Shown: piece by piece, positions 12,926-26,927 of the stretch | Position numbering within the stretch: position 1 is the first letter of the stretch | How the letters are laid out: every line of letters begins with the position of its first letter | NCBI RefSeq assembly: GCF_009914755.1 | Contig: NC_060934.1 | Length of the DNA stretch: 64,000 bases | From: the human T2T-CHM13v2.0 reference genome, Homo sapiens | Direction: 5' to 3' (one strand) | Translations under genes and position numbers: made by a program | Notes under the pieces: generated by a model | What the model saw: the letters and a program-made list of their open reading frames with translations, nothing else | Database searches by the model: none | Told to the model about the DNA's origin: nothing

Positions 12926-13942
12926 AGAGCGAACATATTTTCCTATCTCCTTGGTGACAACAGTTCAGTGGTGATTCTATTGAAATGCTTTTGAAAATGT
13001 GTTAAGCCAACAAACTCCCCTTGCCCTTCCTGTCTGCAAGGGCTCTACCCACAGAGACCTCCCTGTTCTTGTGTGGTCTGCTCTGTTTACTTGGCTGCCT
13101 CCTGGAGGACCTGTGAGCAGCCCAACACAGCTGCCTTCTCTGAGATGACAGGGGGCACTGGGCTCTGACCACAGGCAGCAGGGGGCATCTCAGGCACTAC
13201 AGCAGCTAGAGAGCATTCACTCAGACAAGAGAGTGTGGGACCCATGCAGCACACAAGGAGAAGCCTGGTTCTGCAGGATCCCAGCTGTGGGACAGGAGAG
13301 GTGGGGGCCACACTTGGAGAAAAAGACTGCACTGCTGTGTGGAGAGTGCCTCATACATAGAGAGCTGCACAAGTGTGCTTTGTGCACATGGAAATTGGGA
13401 GCCATGGGAGGCGTTAAAGTAGAGGAGTGCCCAGACCCGCTGTGCACTAGTATCCTTGATCTGCTTTCTTGCAGCTTGCTCACTGAATTTGGTTGGAGAA
13501 GGGGATAGGAATGGAAGTTTCTGGAACAGCACAAGTGAGGTATAATCGGAATCTAAGTGGAGAGTATTGGCAAGGAGAGAAATGGAACGTAAGAGGCAGC
13601 CTGGGTGGTCTCAGTCAAGCGACCTTTGCCCCTTCCCTGCCGCTTGCACAGGGAAGTTCTGCGCCTTTGAATATGGAGCACCCTCAAGTCTCAGGGGAAT
13701 GCGTAGGAGCTGCGCCGAATGAACTCGAGACAAAAGGCTGTACCTGTGGGTTTAGAGCCCTCCAGGGAACGGCAAGTGCACAGTGGAGAATGGCCATTGT
13801 GCCCCCAGATCCCCCAGATTCCTGCCCCTCAAGCCAGGCCCCTGGAAGAACTGCATGGGTTGGGGCCGGGGAGTCCCCCTAGTACTCCAGTGTGTTGCTG
13901 ACCCTGCTTTGAGGGCTTCCCCGCTGCCTTGGAGCCGACATC

Positions 13943-14299
13943 TGCTATGGTCTGAATGTTTGTGTTGCTCCCAAATTTGTGTTGAAACTTAATCCTCAAA
14001 GCAAGAGTATGGAGAGATAGGGTCTTCAGCAGATGATTAGGCTCCACCCTCATACATGGGATTAGGGCCTTTATAAAAGGGTTTGAGGGAGTGAATTCAT
14101 CCCTTTTTTGTCCTTTGCTACGATGAGGACACAACAACAAGGAGCCGTCTTGGAAGGTGAAATCAGTGCTTTCCAAACACTGAATCTGCACCTTGATCGA
14201 GACTTCACAGCTTCCAGAACTGTGGGAAATAAATTTCCAGTATTTATAAATTACTCAGTCTAAAGTACTTTGTTATAGAAGCACATATGGACTAAGATG
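13943..14299 (+). mobile_element. MaLR solo LTR (MLT1A/MSTD-like)
   Basis: tgctatggtctgaatgtttgtg...gttgaaacttaatcc...cttccagaactgtgggaaataaattt...ttgttatagaagcacatatggactaaga; TSD acatc/atatc. Confidence 0.88.
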
Positions 14300-14381
14300 A
14301 TATCTTCTATCACTTTACCCCCAGACTGGCTGAAGCTAAATTCCTTATTGACCCAGCTGGATGGAAATTTAGAGGAAACTA

Positions 14382-14668
<287 letters not shown>

Positions 14669-17029
14669 TATCACACAACCCCAAAAGTACCATTCACACA
14701 GATTGGGTATGGTGCAGTGCCCGTTCAGTGCAACTGCCCTGGACAGCCTTCACTCACATGCATTCATAAGACTACAGGAATTTGCATAACTCTGAGTTTT
14801 CAGTCATAATTGCCTTATTTCATGAATATATTATAGGAGATATACAAGAAATTAAATACACAAATCTTCTCCTGATGCATAATGCTCAAGTCAGGTGATA
14901 CAGCACCTCCTACACTTGCCTTTGAAAAATCTTTTGATTTAAAAAAAAATCTTGCTGAAAGATATTTGGAGCCATTTAAACATTCTAAATTAGATGTTAT
15001 GACCACGAGGCAAAGACACCACAACCATCTTGCCCCTCAGACCTGGAAGGATCCCGTGTAACTGTGCCCTTACCACTCCAGCCATCGTCATTTCAAGACT
15101 TGCGTATTTCGAAGGCATGTGTGTTCCACTTTCTTTTTCAAGTTTCAAAAGAAACCTCTGCAGTTGTTATCCTCTGCTGGGTTAACTTAACAAAGCTATC
15201 ATCCAGAAAACAAATAAACAAAACCACACCACAGCCCCCTTACCCAGGCCAATGGTGTGCTCACCCCACGGACTCCAGATGAAAAGCTCTTGCCCTCAGA
15301 AGCAACTTTTATTTTCAGTCTCATCATAGGAGCCCACAATGGGAGGCCTTCAGCTCTCTGTTCCACCTGCTCTAATGAGATCTGATTTTTAAATTTTGAT
15401 GTGTGAAGAAAATTGCTGATGGTAGAACTTAGTTACAAAAGCTAGGGTGCATTTCATTGATTGCAATTGCTTAAAGGGAAAATCAACTCTTACCCCTGTT
15501 TGAAACCATGCTATGGTTGGCATGTGGAAGGGGGCTTTGGACAAAGACATTTTTTCTCTTTCCTTTCTCTGATGCATTCAGAATCCCTGTGGAGTGCCTC
15601 CCACGTGCCCTCCTCTGGCTCTCCCAGGCAAGGAGAGCGTAAACCTCTCCCCCAGTTCCTGGAGTGGAGGGGGACAAAGCCTGAAGGTCCACAAGCCAGC
15701 ATAGCTGGGGTCCAGCTGGGGTCCTAGTGGGCAGGGGGTTCAAGCTAGAGAGAGGTGCTGGTCAGCAGGGGATCCCAGCCAGCAAGATATCTCGGCCAGC
15801 GGGGACTCCTGGTCTCACCTTCAGGGCTGAGAGGGGCCTGGGTGCTCAGAGAACCTCCAGGTGGCCCCTGCCTGCCCTGGGGGGCATGCGGTATGACCAG
15901 TTCCCATGTGGATCTGCAAAGGGAAGGAGAATTCAGTTCTCTGAAAGGCTGGCCAATGTTTCCAAAGCTTCAGGCTAATAGATGGATAACCAGGACTTCC
16001 AACCCTGGGAGTTCTACCCTGGATTCTCGGTGATCCTAGGAAAGCCTTTTCACCTCTTCATATCTCTACCCTGACCACCTGCATGGAGCAAAATGCCATG
16101 ATTCACATGAAGAAGGCACCAGTGGCCAGTCCCAGCTAAACCAGCCTTACGTCACACCTGGGAGCCCTGTGCCACGCCCCCTCCTTGTGTTTGGGTATCT
16201 CCAGGCCCACCTTAGTCCTCGGGGAGTTCTGGTATCAGCTCCTGCAGGACATTGAGGTTTGATGGCTGCACAGTCAGGCTTCCAGAGGCACAGGCTGGGC
16301 CAGTGTAGGAAGGGTGGCCACCGTGGACCACCGACTGACAGGGGTCTTCCCCTCAGGCTGGCAGGGTCTCCAGCCCCTCCCTGGCACACACTTTCCCATC
16401 AGCTCTTCATCACATGCCCTCTCTCAGCAGGTGCTTTCCTGTGCCGAGCATTTCCTTAGGTCCACCAGCATCCTCTCTTGTCCTCCACGGGATCCCCATG
16501 GAGGATGGTGCCTGTGCAACAGTGACTGTCCCTGAAGTCCAGCTGAGCAAACAGGACAGGGGTTTGCCCACAGCCTCAGCCGCACCCGTCGGATTCCCCA
16601 AGGCCTCACACCCCAGCACTGAAGGAGGCGGTCCTGTCTCTAATCAGACGCCCTCTTGTTAGTCTCCAGTGGACTTCATTTCCCTTAAATAATAAATCCT
16701 GGAGCCCAACCATGAGGACAGTAAAGTTCTGTGTTTTGAGTAAAGGTTCAACACTGGAAGCACAGAGGTTTCTTTGATTGTTAGATTTTTAAAACATTGA
16801 GAGCTATCATAGTCATGAGTGTGGCTTCTCAAAGGATTTCCCAATTCCAGAGGCTTCAGTGCCCACCAAAAGGTGAGCCCAGGGCACTGGGGCACAGACG
16901 TTTCCTCTAAAGGAGAGAAGGACAACCTCAGCCTGTGGCCTGAGCAGGGGTCTCCACTCCTCAGAACCCCCCACCAGGCTGGCAACAGCCCCATGCCTGC
17001 TTCCTTCCCCCGGCCCACTACAGCAGTCT

Positions 17030-17110
17030 CTGGGGGAGACCAGAAAATCTGGTGGTTTAAAAAGCTCTTCAGCAATTCTGATGGGCAGCCAGGGTTTAGA
17101 GCCACAGACT
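17030..17110. mobile_element. MER5-like hAT-Charlie fragment
   Basis: ccagaaaatctggtggtttaaaaagctcttcagcaattctgatgggcagccagggtttagagccac resembles a MER5 terminal segment. Confidence 0.5.
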
Positions 17111-18035
17111 TCAGGGAAAGAAGTCTCCCTCTACTCCCAGGGGAAATGGATATGGCTGGTGAAGCCGGGAAGAAGCAGGCGAAGGCAGAGGTGAGAGGTC
17201 AAATCCGAAGGTCTTTAGTCCTGCTCCAAGTCCAAATTCTTGGAGGTGGCAGGGAAGTGGTGGTAGAAGAGCCGGGTCATTTTCAGGGCCAGCCCTGCCC
17301 ATCTCAGGTGCCAGTCTGGGACACAGCAAGCTCCTTAGAGAGGCTTCTAGAATAACAAGGCACAGTGGAGACTGGCTTAAAAACAGCTGAGAAAGGTTTC
17401 CAGGATGGAGTTAGAAAAGTCTCCATTTCCAATTTCCCATGGCCCTGGTGGAAGCAACTCAGGAATTCCTGCTCCTGAGAGCTGGCTACTGTAGGAAGTA
17501 GAAAGAGAGGTTACTGGGCAGTGGGTTGAAGCTGGGGTGGACGGGGCAGCTGTGACTAAGCCAGGGGCATGGGCAGCATTGACAAGAGCAGAGAGGAGAT
17601 GAGTGTGTGGAAGAGGGACCCACTGGGACCCCACCGAGGCTGCGAAACCATCTGAAGTTTGGCCAGCTGCACACAGGTGCACTCCCTAGCACAGACGGGA
17701 GGCAGGGTCTCACCTGTGGGCCCTGAAACAGGGCCCATTCCGACTCCGGAAGTCAGGCGGGTGCTCTCCTACCAAGCTCCCAAGAGGAGCTAAGGGGGCC
17801 AGGGCGGAAACGGGGAGCTCTGTCTGGCCCTGGGAGGTGAGCTGGCTGCGTCAGGAGTCTGGGCGTCAGGAAGGTACCTGGAGGTGATTTCTGTGAGGAA
17901 CGTCGACACGGGCATTTGGGGCCACAGTGCTCAGACAGCAACCTCTGGTTCTTACCAATCCTCCATAACAATTTCAAGAACTGTTTTTTGGAAGAAAGCT
18001 TAGTTTACCATGTTCATTTAATAGTCAAAGTCCCC

Positions 18036-18448
<413 letters not shown>

Positions 18449-21400
18449 TCAATTTTGCTCAGAGAAGCTCAGCTCAACCCTGTGGTCTTTGATGGTGACT
18501 CTGCCTTGAGGGAATGGAGCAGCGCGATGAAAGGCCTCCCATGGTGTCCCACCACTGCCTGTTTTGTGGATCGACTTGTCCTTCACCGCCCCTGAGGCTC
18601 CTGGGTAGAGTAATGTCCACCTTGCATCCTGCCCCTTCTGCCTCAGGAAGACCCACTGCAGGGCTCAGCCAAGACTGGCAACGTCACAGACAAACGGAGC
18701 CCTAGCGAGTGGGGAGGCTGGAGCAGCCCTGCACTGTCTGCCACACAGCAGCACAGAAGGCAGCCCCCTCCCGAATAAGAAGGCTCCTGGGTGATTCCTT
18801 TCCCAGGCTGGCAACACCCTGTGGAAGGCCTCCTACATTTTGCATGAACTTTAACACAAAGAGTAGCTGGAGCGAATGATTTATTTCATTTTTCCTGAAA
18901 ATATGCCGCCTTTAAACATGAGACCCAAATACCTGCTTGTATACTAAATAGAATTAATTTGGTTAAGATTTCTCCTACAGCATCGTGGTACTACCAAGTA
19001 AAAACAAATTATTCTGTAAATCGGGTCAACAAAGAAGCACCTGGATCCTCATTTTCACTAGTGGGAAGAGGTCCTTCTCCAAGACTTGCAGTGGGCAATG
19101 GCCTCCTCCTTCCAGATGTGTTGGGGGCTTGTTCCCTCTCCGTCCTCCCTGTTGGGGATCTCTAAGGTATGTTGGTGACTTCGAAGGGGAATCCTGCAGC
19201 CAGTGCTGTGCACCAGAAGGTCTCAGCATCCCCCTTGTGGCCAACTGCCCTTGGGGATTCTGTGGGTGGGTCCCTCCCCACTGTGGCTGATGGCTGAGCT
19301 CGCACACCTGCCATGGGGCTCAGGCTGTTTTCCAGTCTTGCCGCATGGCCAGTGCATCCCTGGGCTGGCCTTGCCTGAGGGCGACCCTGCTGGGAGGGTG
19401 ACTCCTTTTCCTCTCCCCTTTGGCTTCTTTTGGCTCCTTTAAATGTCTCCTCCCAGCAAGGAATGCGCGGAAGCAGCCTGCAGGACCTCTCCTGCACAGT
19501 GTGTGGCTGCAGATGAAGTGGGGTGCTTGCACACGTGCCTGCAGAATTCATCGGGCTCTCAGGCACTGGCAGATCAGAGAGGACTTGGGAAGTGATGTAT
19601 TATTTACAACTGCGGTTCCCCTGCAAGCCTGGGGGATCTTCCAAGAATGATGGCAGATCCTAGATGCTTTCCGGGGAGCCTCTGGAGGAGCTGGCGCAGC
19701 CTCCGGGCAGATGCTGTGGTACCATAGCCAGGAGGCCCTGGGGTGGTGCTGATCCAAGGGTTGGGCTGACCTGTCCCCAGCTCTGGGAAATAGGACAACA
19801 GACGCCCCACTGATGAGCAGACAGACCCTCCACATCAGCTCCGCAGCATCTCTCACACTGAGACAGCTCATGGGGCCTAATTCCAATTAGCCCTGCAGAC
19901 AGCATAAGCTTTGCATGAAGCAGGGAGAAAGAAGCAACTTAAAAATGGACATTTTCAGTATTTTTGCAATTTCGCTAGACTGGCAGAAGTTGTGCACACT
20001 TAATAGAAAATGATGATGTATGAGGACGATGGCTTTCTGATTAGGAGAAGTGAGAGAGAGTGGACCAGCAAGCACCCCCGGAGAATCACAGGTGTGTGAC
20101 ACTTGTGACTTTCATTGTCATTTTACTTATTGAAAATGACTTTGATAAAAATACCTGACCCAGGAAAGTATACATCAGTGGCCCACAATTCAAATATTCA
20201 TTTCAACCTCTGTGGTCTCCTTTCCCTAATGTGACACTAGGTTTCATCTTTTGGGGACCAGATCTCTACTAAGATTTCCAACGCTTTTCCTGACCCTACC
20301 TGAATCAGAACTAGACCATATAGACTGGGCAACTGACTCTGAACGGGATTTTTAAGTCCCGAGGGAACCATGCACCCAGGCAGTCTGGCCTACAGCAGGA
20401 TTCAGAGATGGATTTTGCACAAGTCAGCTTTTTCCCTGTGAACTCCCACGGCACAATTCTCAAACATGAAGAGTGCTGGCTTTGATTTTCCTGCTCAAAT
20501 GGCTGTTTTTCTGACGTTATGTCAGCACCACTGTATTATAAATCGGCTTCACGTCACAGGTAAGACAAACCACGAGGTGTTTGCCTCCTCCAATCTTTTA
20601 AGCAATTAAGTGGGGAGACTGGTCTGTTGAAAAAGCTTTTAAAACAACATTTCACCAAGCATAATGATTCTATAAAACCGTTCATTTTCTTAAGTAATGA
20701 CCATTGTTACTGACTAGCTGATTCTGTTTGCCTTAGAGAGGCCACAGCCTTGGTAGATGGCAGAGCTGAGAGGGTCTCAGATGGGGTGCTGCCTTCATGA
20801 ACCCCACATCTATGGGGTAGACAGACCCTCTAGGCTTCAGACCCCAGTGGACATATCCATTCCTCCATGGGAGGGAACCAGCGGGGGGCTTAGAGACACT
20901 CTGAGATGTCACAAGGGTCCCAGATGGAGAATCAAGCCCACAAAGTCCTGGCTTCCATGATGAGAGGCCCTGCTCAGCCAAGGGTCAGAGCCCAGGAGAA
21001 CGAGAAGCCAGCCTCTGTGGTGGCAGATAGGGGCTCTGCCCCCAACTTTTCACATCCTCTTAAGCCAGGTTCTAGGCTTTTATTCCTTGACCTGATGTTG
21101 CTAAGTCCTCCTGGAATATTTTAAGCATTTTAGCCTGAAGCTGGAGAAATGTTATCAGCCCCTTTCAGAGTCTCAAAATAAAATGTTAAAAATTTGGGAA
21201 AAAAGAACATCCGTGGAGGACAGGAGCTCCCTCTGTCCAGCTGGAAATACAGAGTGAATGTCCAGCCTTTGGGCCAGGGGTTCCTGGGACCAGCAGCTTC
21301 CTGGCTGTTTCTCTCCATTCAGATCTGGCTGTGCTATACCCCCAGTGCTCATGGTCTGGGGAACCCGTTTGATTCCCGGAGGCTCCCTCCAGGGCTCGTT

Positions 21401-22543
21401 CTGGCCCCTGGGTAGCCTCTGCCACACACTGTCATCCGAGGAGGCCACAGCAAGGCAAGGTGCATGTGTCTGCAGGTGCTTCAAGTGGACAAAGCCGCAG
21501 GGGTCGGTGAAAGGTGGCAGTGGGGGTTCACCAAAGGGCAAGGGAGGAGGGTGAGGAGTCAGCTCCCCACTTAGACTCCTCGTTCCAACAGGGGCTGCTT
21601 CCTGGCTGGAGAGTCTCCACAGCCTGCCTGACTGCTCCTTGCCATGCCCCACTCTCCTCTCCACACCGCCTGCTGAGGTGCCACACCTGCACACTCATAC
21701 CTGTCCTCAGCTGCCCCTGACCACCGCACCCCAAGAGACCCTGGGGTACCCTCTGCACAAGGAAGGACAGTCAGGGTGCAGGGCACATGGAGGACAGTTA
21801 CCTGCCAAGGGCTCAGGTGCTCCTTGCCCTTTGGGTCTAAAAAGAGCCCTGTGGCCCCTGCATGGGGCTTTTGGATGGGGACAAACCTGACTGTGGCCCC
21901 GCATCCTGACGACCATGCCCTCTACACATGATGTTTACGTCAGTGCTGAGAGTGAGTGGGGCAGGGATTGCAGTCTGTCTATGGAGACCAGAAATGGAGG
22001 AATAAGCCAGATGTTCCGGTGGCCCAGGTGTCAGAGGACAGTGCTTATTGGAAGGCACAGGCTTGTTCCTCTGCAGGTTCTGCCTTTTATCCTTGGCTCA
22101 AGACTGGACCCATGACCTTTCTTTCTGAGCCCTTCCCTAAGGACCCACCCCACTGCACCCTCTGCAGACAGCTCAAGTCAGCTCTTACCCTGCTCTAAAG
22201 CAGCCCTAGCACCCCCAAACCCAGAGCCTCAGAGGGCTAATGCTTTTATTTGCTTAAAAGGAGGCAGGCTTCATCAAGGGACTTTGGAAGTCAGCTCCCC
22301 ACTCCAGGGTGAAAGCTGGCCCTGCCTTCCCACCTGCCAAGCCCCTGCCCCTGAGTCGGTGACCCCACCCCTCCAGGCCAGGGCCCATCTGGTGCAGGGG
22401 TGGTGGCCTCCTGCATTGGAGGGGCCACAGACATTAGTCTCTGAGCAGAAGCTGAAGCATACAAGAGCCCTCTCACAAATTCCTTGATAATGCTGCACCC
22501 AAGCCACATAGTGGTCAGCATCTTGAGACCATTTCTATCGGGG

Positions 22544-22606
22544 CCATCCTCAGCAGGGCGGCAGGCGTCCTTCCCCCATCCTCAGCAGGGCGGCAGCTGG
22601 CTTCCC
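22544..22606. repeat. Two-copy tandem duplication, about 32 bp
   Basis: ccatcctcagcagggcggcag occurs at 22544 and 22576, each followed shortly by cttccc. Confidence 0.85.
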
Positions 22607-24699
22607 TGCTGCTGGCTCACCATGGACTCAGTGTATGGCTGCCCATGCAGGGATGGCTGATCCCCACTGCCCTGCCTTGTTTCCTGATGGGTAGACAGAC
22701 CCTCTAGACCCCAGGCCCCGTGGATACGTCTACACTCCTCTGTGGGGAGGGCCACAGTGGGTCACAGGGTGGACAGCATCATTCTCAAAGTCCTTGTTTT
22801 CCTGGGCACCCGAGACGTTCTGAAGCCCTCTCGGCCATAGATGAGACCCCACTTACGTTGTAGACAGCCCAGGCTAGACCGTGGCAGCATGCGGTGGGAG
22901 GGCCATGGCTTCATTGATGATCACAGTCAGAAATCCTGGCAAGTTGGGGCTGGAAGAGATCTAAGTGATAACATAGAATGTTTTGTGGATAGGGACTTAA
23001 GGAGACCAGAGAGGGGGAAGGGACAGCCCCAGGGTCAGACAGTGAGCTCCTCCTGTTAAACCTGGAAGAGCAAAGTGATGAAATGCATCTGGGCTCAACT
23101 TCTCTGCTTTGAATTCTGCAGAAGCTCTTGGCTTTCAGGATCACTCTCTCACTTCCTAGCCTGGCAGATGGTCCTCCCACACCCCTGCTCTGGCCCTGTC
23201 CTCTGCTCCCCACTCGGTTCTCAGCTGCCCTGTCCTCCCTGGCCATCCCCGCCGAGCCTCTGCCCCTACTGCCTGGATATCCCTGCTGGCTGCCTAACCC
23301 TCCCTGGATCCAGACTCACTCGGGCACCCCTTCTCCAGGAGGCCAGGAGTCCTCCCTGACCTCCCCCTCCCCTCCCTGGATGGGGCTCAGGCCCCATCTG
23401 TGCTCACCTGTGCCACCGCCTCCTCGGGACAAGCCAGTGTGCTCCGTGACCTCATCTGCCTCCCCAGCCCGACAGGGATTTCTCAGGGCTTACCTTATGT
23501 AAACAGCAGGTAGGACTGACCTGCTCATGGCAGGTGCTAGCTGTTTGTTGAATGAATGGACGGGTGGCAGATGAAGGGCTTTCCAGCACCCTCAGGTCTC
23601 TGCAGCTCTGCCACCAGCAGCCCTTCTCTGGGTCACTTTTGATAAGTGCACATGTCTGCTCCACAGCAGGCTCGTGGTGACGCCTCCATGTGCCTCTCTG
23701 CTCACCACGTCAGTCCCGTTTGTTGGATTTGTCCCGTTCTCCCTGACCTGGGCCCATGTAGGGTGGTTCTGGTTGGTTGCCTTTGGGGTGGGGGAGACTA
23801 GTGACGTGTCCTGGCCAACAAGTCAGGAGTGGAGATGAGGAGAGTCCCTTCTGGCACAGAGACCCTGCCACAGCTCCCACCGGGAGCAGTTCACTTCAAG
23901 ACAGTGGCCTTCCACCTGCTGAGTCCAGAGGGGGCCACAGAGCAAAGTCCCTGGGCCACCCCATCTGGCCTATGATGGACACGGAGTGAGAGGGATGTGA
24001 GCCTCCATTGCTAGAGGCCCCCAGGATCTGAGGAGCAGCTGTTCCTGCAGCATAAGCTGGCCCGTTCCAACACAGTTTCCGTCCAGACTCTGCCTTTGCT
24101 GGAGTACAGGCTCAGGAAAAATTCTCTTGTCTCCAGAGAAAACCCTTCCATCAACTATGGACATGGAGGCGTCAGAGGCAGGCTCTCTGGCTTCAGGGGA
24201 CAGGGTGGAGAAAATGATTTGGGAGAAGTGAAGACGCATTGCAGGAGGTGGGTATCAGCTCATTGGAAATTGAAGAACTGCTGCAAAGTAGTCCATCATT
24301 GATACCTGCAAAAGGGCTGCAGACAGAGTTTTAGGAATCTGAGGAGGGAGCAGCAAACTGTTAATCATGGATTGTTCAAAACTGTCTCTCAGGCCTCACT
24401 TTTCTGGGTAAACATTTTGGCAGAGTTTAAGGAGGCAGCAGATAGTATGAAAGCCACCTGTGATTGGATTACTAACCCCCAAGTTCCAGCTGTGGATGGA
24501 CCATTTACTGTCTGAGAATGTGGGCAGGTCGTTGAAGCTTCTCCGGAGCGCTGCTTGCTCTGATCTGTGCAATGGTGGAGCCTAAGCTTGTCCACATGGG
24601 GCCACAGAGCTCAGGGCTTGGGGCCAAGAGCGTCTCCTCCTCTTCACGTTCTCTTTGTTCCTTCTCATTCTCTTCCTTCGAGGTGAGGGGAAGAAAGTG

Positions 24700-24885
24700 C
24701 AGTTGGGGGCCAGACAGACCACCCTCAGAGCCATCTCCTCTAGTCAGGTGAGGTGAGTTGGGATGAGTGATTTCCTATCTCTAGTGTCAGTTTTCCCACC
24801 TGTTACAGTGACCGTCACAGAGCAACCATCCTCCCAGTTTCCGTGAGGCTCTGGCTGAGCTAACATGCTCTGAGCTGCTCCCCGG
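24700..24885 (+). mobile_element. MIR SINE (degraded)
   Basis: gccagacagacc...ttgggatgagtgatttcctatctctagtgtcagttttcccacctgttacagtg...gtgaggct. Confidence 0.55.
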
Positions 24886-25409
24886 TGTGTTCCGAGGCTC
24901 TGAAGGAGACATGAGTCTATCCCTCCTCACGCATGAAGCAGCCCTGGGGGATGCTGGGCTGTGAGAACGCAGCCTGCAGGCCCTCCTGGGGCCGGGTATC
25001 TAGCCCAGGGCGATGCATAGCGGAGGGTGCACGCTCTGCATGTTAAAGAGGCTCTGATGGTCCCAGGTTTCATTTTCAGAACAAAGGTGCTCTGGGGTCT
25101 TTTTGTGAAGTCCCAGAATTTGCCTTTCTGATCAGACCCCTCTGGATGTGACTCTGAAGCCAGTAAGTGCCATTCTCAGTCCTCTGCAGAGCTGGGGGCC
25201 TCCCTGCTGCCCCACACCAATGGGGCAGGTCAGATGTGTTATTTCAGGAAATGCATTTTCCAGAAAGACTGACCCTAAGAGGTGCAGCCAGCTTCCTCCT
25301 GTTTTCACACCAACTTTTTGTTGTTTTTCCTTCGTGTGAAGTCGTTCTTAGTTCTGCCAATCTGAGAGATGAAAAGGATGGTATTGCAGGGGATTTATGT
25401 TGCATTTCT

Positions 25410-25722
25410 TTTATTCTCTTCTGTTTAGTTAGGTTTATTGAAGGATACTTTACACACAGCAGAGTTTGCTTGTTAGTGGACAGTTTGGTGAGATTTTGCA
25501 GATGCAAAAGCCGTGACACCCTGGATCACAGCAAATCCTTCCCAATCCTGGCAATCCCTCTGCTTCCCATCTGTGGTCAGCTCCTCCTCTCACCCCGTTC
25601 CTGCAAGCTATGACTTGTTTCCTATTCACGTACTTCCATAGAAATGGGATCACGTAGCACGTAACCTTTGAGTTTGGCTTCCTTCACTTGGTAAAATGTA
25701 TTTGAGATTCACCCATGTCGTT
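25410..25722 (-). mobile_element. Old L1M 3' UTR fragment
   Basis: ggtttattgaaggatactttacacacagc...ttccatagaaatgggatcacgtagcacgtaacctttg...ggcttccttcacttggtaaaatgtatttgagattcacccatgtcgttgc. Confidence 0.8.
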
Positions 25723-25909
25723 GCCTCAGCCTCCCGAGTAGCTGGGATTACAGGCACCCGCCACCACACCCGGCTCACTTTGTACTTTTAGTAGAGGCGG
25801 GATTTCTCCATGTTGGTCAGGCTGGTCTCGAACTCCCAACCTCAGGTGATCTGCCCGCCTCGGCCTCCCAAAGTGCTGGGATTACAGGCGTGAGCCACCA
25901 CGCCCAGCC
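25722..25909 (-). mobile_element. AluSp-like element, 3' part and tail deleted
   Basis: gcctcagcctcccgagtagctgggattacagg...tttctccatgttggtcaggctggtctcgaactccc...gagccaccacgcccagcc. Confidence 0.93.
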
Positions 25910-26567
25910 GTGACTGATTCCTTTCACTCAGCATCATGTCTTCAGGTTCATCCAGGCTGCTGCATGTATCAGTACTTTCTTCTTTTTAATTGCATAATAA
26001 TATTCCATTATTTAGATACGTCACCTTTTATTTATCTGTTCATCATCTGATGACCATTTAGGTTGTTTCCACGTTCTAGGCTATTATAAATAACGCTGTT
26101 ATGAACATTTATGTACAAGTTTGTGAGGTGTATATTTTCATTCCTCTTGAGTAGATATTTAAGATTGGAATTGTTGGGTGGTATGGTAATTCTAAGTTTA
26201 ACATTTTAAAGAATTCAAACTTCTAAAGTGATTGCATCATTGTACATTTCCACCAGCAATATACAAAAGGGCATTTTGATTTTCTCAACTTCTCTACATC
26301 CTCACTAATATTTGAGATTGTCTTTTTTATTTTCAATATCCTCGTGGGTGTGAAGCGGTGTCCTTTGTGCCTTTGATTTCCATTTCCATAATGACTAACA
26401 GTGCTGAGCATCTTTTCATGTGTTTATAGGCCATTTGTATGTATTCTCTGAGGAAATGTCTATTCCGATCTTTTGCTCATTTTATTGGGTTATTTGACTT
26501 TTCATTGTTGAGTTGTTAAGATTTATTATATATTTTGAATATGTCTTTTATTAGATATATAATCTGA

Positions 26568-26927
<360 letters not shown>

